This document shows positions 58,929 through 64,000 of a stretch of DNA of 64,000 nucleotides, in pieces. The stretch is taken from NCBI GenBank assembly GCA_963743305.1, contig CAVUPH010000027.1:16772-80771 (forward strand), in the 5' to 3' direction. The notes under the pieces were generated by a model. The model worked only from the letters and a program-made list of their open reading frames with translations, made no database searches and was not told the origin of the DNA. The position numbers and the translations under genes are program-made. The stretch is from an uncultured delta proteobacterium (lineage in GTDB: Bacteria > Desulfobacterota > RBG-13-43-22). Every line of letters begins with the position of its first letter. Within the stretch, counting starts at the first letter, position 1.

Positions 58929-61900
58929 TCAGGCTGAGGCGACTTGGTCGAGCCCGAGCGTGCTGCAAAGCCGCTCCGCATAAGTGCGGAAATTGTGCTC
59001 TGCATAGTAGGCGCTCCTTGCTTCGGGAGAGCGATGCTCGCCGACCTGTTGTTCGAGGAGCCTGGCGAGAGCCTCCGCAATCAGCGCTGGGTCCAGCCGA
59101 TCCGGAACGCGCGCCACATAGACTGGCGCTTCAATAGAGATCGGCGAGGTCGTCGTTAGCGACCGTCGGCAAGCCGGCGGCTATGCAATCGATCAGCGCG
59201 CCCGAAACCGAGCCGAAACCGAACGTGCGCAGCTGAATGCCGAGATCGGCGGCTTGGAGATAGGCCTGGTACACGGTCTCGGGGACGAAGTCCCGCTCAG
59301 TCGCGCCCACAAAGCGAATACGATCCACAAGGCCGGCGTCCGCGCAAATCGACCTGAGGTTCGTCATGTCTCCGGTGGGGCAGCCGACAAAATGCAAGCT
59401 CGCTTGGATGCCCCGTCGCGCAGCAGCTTCAACGCTTCGATGCATGCCTCCGGTCCCTTGGTCGCGTGGACCAACCCAAACGTGGCGATGACGATTTCAT
59501 CGGCGGCGATACCGAGCTTGTCGCGGGCCTTGGAGCGCGCCGAGGGCGTCAACGCCTCCGGCTCCCACGGGCGATAAATGGCGAAGGGTAAATAGACGGG
59601 ATCGATGCCGTAGCGCTCTCGCACGATGCGAGTCGCCCCCTTGGAGTGCAGGAACAAGGGGTCGCAGGCAGCGGCCAGTTCGCCGAGAAAAAGCGTCTCC
59701 AGGCGGTTCTCATCGGAGAGCCAGCTGTCGATTTCTTGCCGTGACACCGGCCGGCCAAGCTCGCGCCCGGCCTGTTGCAGGGCCCGCTCCATGCCGAGGC
59801 TGCGACAGTAGAGATTCGCCAGCCGGCTGTCGTGCAAGATGCAGGCGCCCCCAGACCCGACGAGGTTCTCGAAGATGCGGACATGGAACCGGGAATTGCC
59901 CATGATGCCGATGACGCGGTCGAAGCCCAAAGCGGCCGATCGCAAATTGGCCAACGGATTGATGGAGGCGGCACCTGGGATGAGGTGGGGGCGATCGGTG
60001 CCGGTGAAGACGTGAATTTCCGCCCGGCGGCTCAGTTCCGGCAGCGACGCTGCGGTGAAGTGTGCGACGCCGGAACGGTCCGGCGGTATCGGGCTCAAGA
60101 CGGCGATCTTGGGTCTCCGCTGTCCAATGATCGCGGGTCGCGATACCTGCGCGCGTGCCGCTTTTCCTAAGCTGTTCAACCACGGGAGCCGGCGACGCAG
60201 CTTTGCGAGGCCAGCCGCGAGACGCGGCGCTCGCGGGACTTTGTGCTGCTCGGAATTGTGGGACAAGACCAGATCACTCACGCGCCGGCCTTTGACCATG
60301 TTGTGGTGAGCGAGCGCCTTGCGCTCGTCGAGACGATCGACGATGCGACAGCGATCATTTCATGTCTCGGTTGGCGCAGCAATATGGGCGCCCGAAGCAG
60401 ACAAAGCCTCACCCCAATCTCCGCTTTGCGGCGCTCGCACGCTGGCCGCGGATGCATATGCCCGTCAGCAGGACGCCGACGTCCCTCGCATCAGCTTCGC
60501 TCTGGCGCGCGATGTAAGTAGAGAGAATGCGGAGCAGCACCGAGTTTGAGGGCGATGGAAGCATCACGCAGCCATCGGCCTTGTAGCGCATACCGGGCGT
60601 GATCACCTCGGAAAAGATGACCTGATCGTCAGCCGCGATCTCGACACGCTGCGCTCGATCCGGCGTGGCGATCGCGGTGAAATTCCACGGTCAGCGTGAA
60701 GCTGTCTACGGGGCGGTCGACATAGAAGCGGATATGGCTTTCTGGCGCGGAGGTCCAAACACCAGCCTTTTCTGCGGGATGGAGATTGCGCTGGTGGAAC
60801 GGCTGGAGAAAGTTCTGCGAAGGGACATGCCTCTTCCCTTCGACGATGGCATAAGGTCTCGTTGGGGACGTGCGGAGCAGCGCTTCGAGGTCATTCGGCG
60901 TCACGGAGAAAGGCGCGAGAAGCGGTTGCGAATTCCACGCTTCCGATGCTCCTTCATCGACAAGGCTTGTGGGCAAGATCGAGTAGCGGCGCTCGACCTC
61001 CGACGCGAGCGCCAAGGGAAGCAGATCGAAGTCGATCTTCTGCCGCACGGCAGCCTCCCATAATGTGCCGCTCAATGCGCTGCTCCGTGCCAGCCATCCG
61101 CGCCCAATATGTGGGGAATTGACCGCGCTTTGGGTGGTATCCCAGTCGCGGACGAGTGTCACGCGGCGAAATTCGGGAATCGAACGACCGAGCGGCCCCA
61201 CGAAGTTCGGGTGCTGGACTGGGGTTCGTGAGCTTGTGATCAAGCCGCTCAGGAAGAGGCCTGCATCAGCATGTTGCTCGGCGAGGGTGACCAGGCTTGC
61301 GAAATGATCGGGTGCCAAGCGCTCGGCCGCGCTGAACGATGTGAAATAGGGCGCTCGCAGGGCCCTAAGACCAGCCTCGAGCGGTGTCGCGCCGTTTTCA
61401 ACGGGCACAAATTCGACCGCAATCGACCCGCCAACCCCCGATGCCGAGCTTTTCGCGCAGAGGCTCCGACAGCTCGCATCCGATCGCAAGCACGCGCAGG
61501 GCGATGCCTTCGCGCTTGGGGAGAGCGTGGAGCGCGCGGGCCGCTTCCTCCGGCGCGAGGCCGTCTACCGGGAAGAGAATATCGATCTCGGCTGAGTCTG
61601 GGTGAGCAGCCGTCGTAGGAAGCGATGCGGCGAAGTCGCATGTCTGCTCGATCGTTCGCTCGAGAGAGAACCGCCAAGCCGTTGCTGGCTTGCCTCCGCC
61701 ATGGCTGCCGCCTCGCTTGGGTTTGCCCGCGCCCAGGCGACGAACTCGGCGATCTTGCCTGCGACAGTCGTTGTGTCGTCGCGGAGATCCACGTACAGGG
61801 CAGACGATCAAGCATCTCGCGCGCGTAGGGCGTTTCGTCGGCAATGATCAAGCAACCTGCGCTGCCCGCCTCGAACAGGCGAGCGGAGGGCAGATCTGCC

Positions 61901-62566
61901 GCGCGATGCTCGGCCTTGTTAAGGCAAAGCGCTATGCCGTGGCGGGCAAGCGCGGCGTAAAGGGTCTGTCCATCGTAGGCAATCGGGCCGCGATAAGAAC
62001 GCGGCATGCTTCCAGCTTCCGGCAGGTCCGTAGAGATTAATGCCGCAGAGTTTTTCAAGTTCATCGAGGAGGCTCTGATGCCTGCGTCCGTCCCAGTGGA
62101 TGCCGATATAGACGAGCTCCCAGATGCTCCTTGCGTGATCGACCGGCACCATGCGGGCCGGGGAACTTGGAAGAAAGCGAAAGGCAGATTTCGGCTTTGC
62201 AGCGCCCGAGATGGCTTCGAGCTCCTTGAGAAACATCGCGACCTGCGGAGAGCCGACAAGATAGGCGTCATGACTTAGAATCGATTGAAGCCTGAACTTG
62301 TCCGTTTCGAAGAAAACCGGTGGGCTCCAGAGCGCGAGGATGGTTGGGTAGAATGTGAGCTTCTGAGCGAATTCGTGGGTGGCTATCACGAAGTCCGGAT
62401 CGGCTGCTTCGATTTCGTCCGAGGTCACCGCCACGAAGACCTCGTGCCCAAGGGATTCGGCAACGCGCCTGAAGCGGGAAATGAATTCCGCCTCTGCAGA
62501 ATGCTCGCGATTGGGCAGCGCATTGATCAGTGCAATGCGCCGGCGCTGTTTTGACTGAGCCGCCAT
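58929..62566 (-). CDS. Large multidomain glycosyltransferase (CgeB-like + GT2-like + GT4), broken by multiple frameshifts
   Basis: Consecutive fragments in alternating frames: LVYIGIHWDGRR, LPSARLFEAGSAG, KIAVLSPIPPDRSGVAHF, FGLVHATKG, IQLRTFGFGSVSGALIDCIAAGLPTVAN and HNFRTYAERL. It could be more than one gene. Confidence 0.65.
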
Positions 62567-62693
62567 TTGGCTTTCCCGAGATGAGGCATAGCGCGGGCCA
62601 GTCAGTCTGACCACGCCCAATATCGTGTCCCCTTATAAGGGACAATGGCGCTAGCAAAATCTGGAGAACTGCCGGCTGCGTGCCGCCGTGGCT

Positions 62694-63573
62694 CTAAAGA
62701 TAAAGCCGCTCAGGATTGATGCCGGGTAGGCGGAGAGCGAGCGGCAGGAGCGGCCGAAGCGCCCGGCGCGTCAATCGCCGGGAAAGGCTCGTATGCGGCT
62801 CACGTGCCCTTCTGGCAACCAAGTTGGCGAGGTAGCTTGCGCTAATATCGGCGAATCTGGCCGGGGCTGTAGGCCAGAAAGGCCGTGCAAGTCGAAATAG
62901 CTCGGCTGGACGCCGCGATTGTGCATCCCTCGGCGAGGATGGCACGCGTCTCAGCAGGAGTGTGCTCTCGAGCTTCGTGAGACTAGCCACGTCTTGAAGG
63001 CGAAGCATGAACTCCAGATCGTATGTGTATTGGTAGCTTTCATCGAGACCGCGGAGAGGATCGAGCAAACCGCGACGGAAGAACAACGGGGGTTGCGGTA
63101 GCATTGAGCTATTGGTCCAGAAGCGAGCGATCTGCGCTGGATCCGGTGGTCGGCCATAGTGCCAATTGGTCTTCAATTCTCCTTGCGCAGCCGGTCGGCG
63201 CCGATCGGCATCGAAGTAAAAAACGTTGCCCAGGACGGCATCGATATCGAGATGATCGCGGAACGTGCGACCAACTTTGTCCAGGGCGCCGTCAGCAAGG
63301 ATATCGCCCGCGGTTAGCCAGACCAAAACTTCGCCCCGCGCACGAGCGAGTCCTGCGTTGATGAGATGCGCTGGCCCTTCGTCGAATCGAAATTCCTGCT
63401 GCTTGAGGGTTCGCTCAACTGACTGGTTGCCATCGAGGTTCTCCACCGCCGGAGTCTTTATCCATGACCAGAAGCTCGACGTCCGGGTAGGCCTGAGTTT
63501 TCACGCTGTCGACGGTCTGCGCGAAGACCTCCGCTTCGCCGTATGAAGCAACCACTACGGTGACGCCAGGCAT
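62694..63573 (-). CDS. GT2 glycosyltransferase, frameshifted near 63450
   Basis: VTVVVASY...VELLVMD, then AHLINAGLARARGEVLVWLTAGD and LDESYQYTYDLEF in another frame. May be fused to the upstream GT2. Confidence 0.65.
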
Positions 63574-64000
63574 TCGTTGTTCTTGCTTGCGGCATGGTGC
63601 GAGGAGGGGCCGGGGAAAAGGCAGGTAGCCAACGTCGCCGTCCTCCATGGAGCACGGGAAGCCACTTGCATCCCCCGCGACCGAACGGAGCTCCGCGTGG
63701 ACGTGTTGCAGCAAAAGTGCGAAATGCTTCTGCACCTGGCTGGAAGTGCTCGCTGGCTGGATCTTTGCGCAACGCGTCGAGCAGATAGAGAAAAGTGCCG
63801 ACCCTTGTAACAGGTTGTCCCGTGTGGCGACGGCCGATCTCGCAAAGCTCAACGCACCGCTTCAAACCGCCGGCCGCGGTCTTGGTTGTCTGATATTCGC
63901 GGCTCAGCGACAGGAATTCATTGATGAGGACGACAGGGTAGGTGCGAGCAACGCGGATGATGAAGTCCCAATCAAGCCCGAATTGCAGCGTCGGATCGAG
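63574..64000 (-). CDS. C-terminal part of a GT2 glycosyltransferase, truncated by window edge
   Basis: The frame from 64000 reads LDPTLQFGLDWDFIIRV...REYQTTKT, like the DYDYWLR...YPETKT segment of the GT2 at 54300. Confidence 0.6.

Overview
Positions 1 to about 53,500 look like an anaerobic Desulfobacterota-type (deltaproteobacterial) chromosome segment. Its core is a ~42 kb minus-strand alcohol/aldehyde-oxidation locus built around mycofactocin. It contains mftB, mftC, mftF, a mycofactocin-type SDR, two FadH/OYE flavoproteins, EtfAB, a 7-heme cytochrome c, a membrane b-type/CCG Fe-S oxidoreductase, an extra radical SAM/SPASM enzyme, three Zn alcohol dehydrogenases, both a W-type AOR and a Mo-type MOP aldehyde oxidoreductase, two Liv-type ABC importers and two sigma54 activators. 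Two MftA-like peptides missed by the ORF track were found by hand: a full 40-aa precursor ending IDGICGVY (29621-29743), 14.5 kb upstream of mftB, and a 13-aa variant ending IDGTRGIY (15156-15197) immediately upstream of mftB. No mftD or mftE is present. Flanking features are an ExtKL-like 5-heme selenoprotein (in-frame UGA plus SECIS), a complete echABCDEF hydrogenase, higBA, an ArsP-type permease, a candidate sRNA and a family of 19-bp-TIR miniature elements. From about 53,560 the sequence style changes abruptly to a glycosyltransferase region. That region encloses a four-gene plus-strand cassette: an unannotated 56-aa peptide, an HExxH enzyme, an ACP-like protein and a GxSxG hydrolase, a candidate new RiPP system. 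Several frameshifts look like sequencing indels. All calls are from manual reading; no database searches were run.
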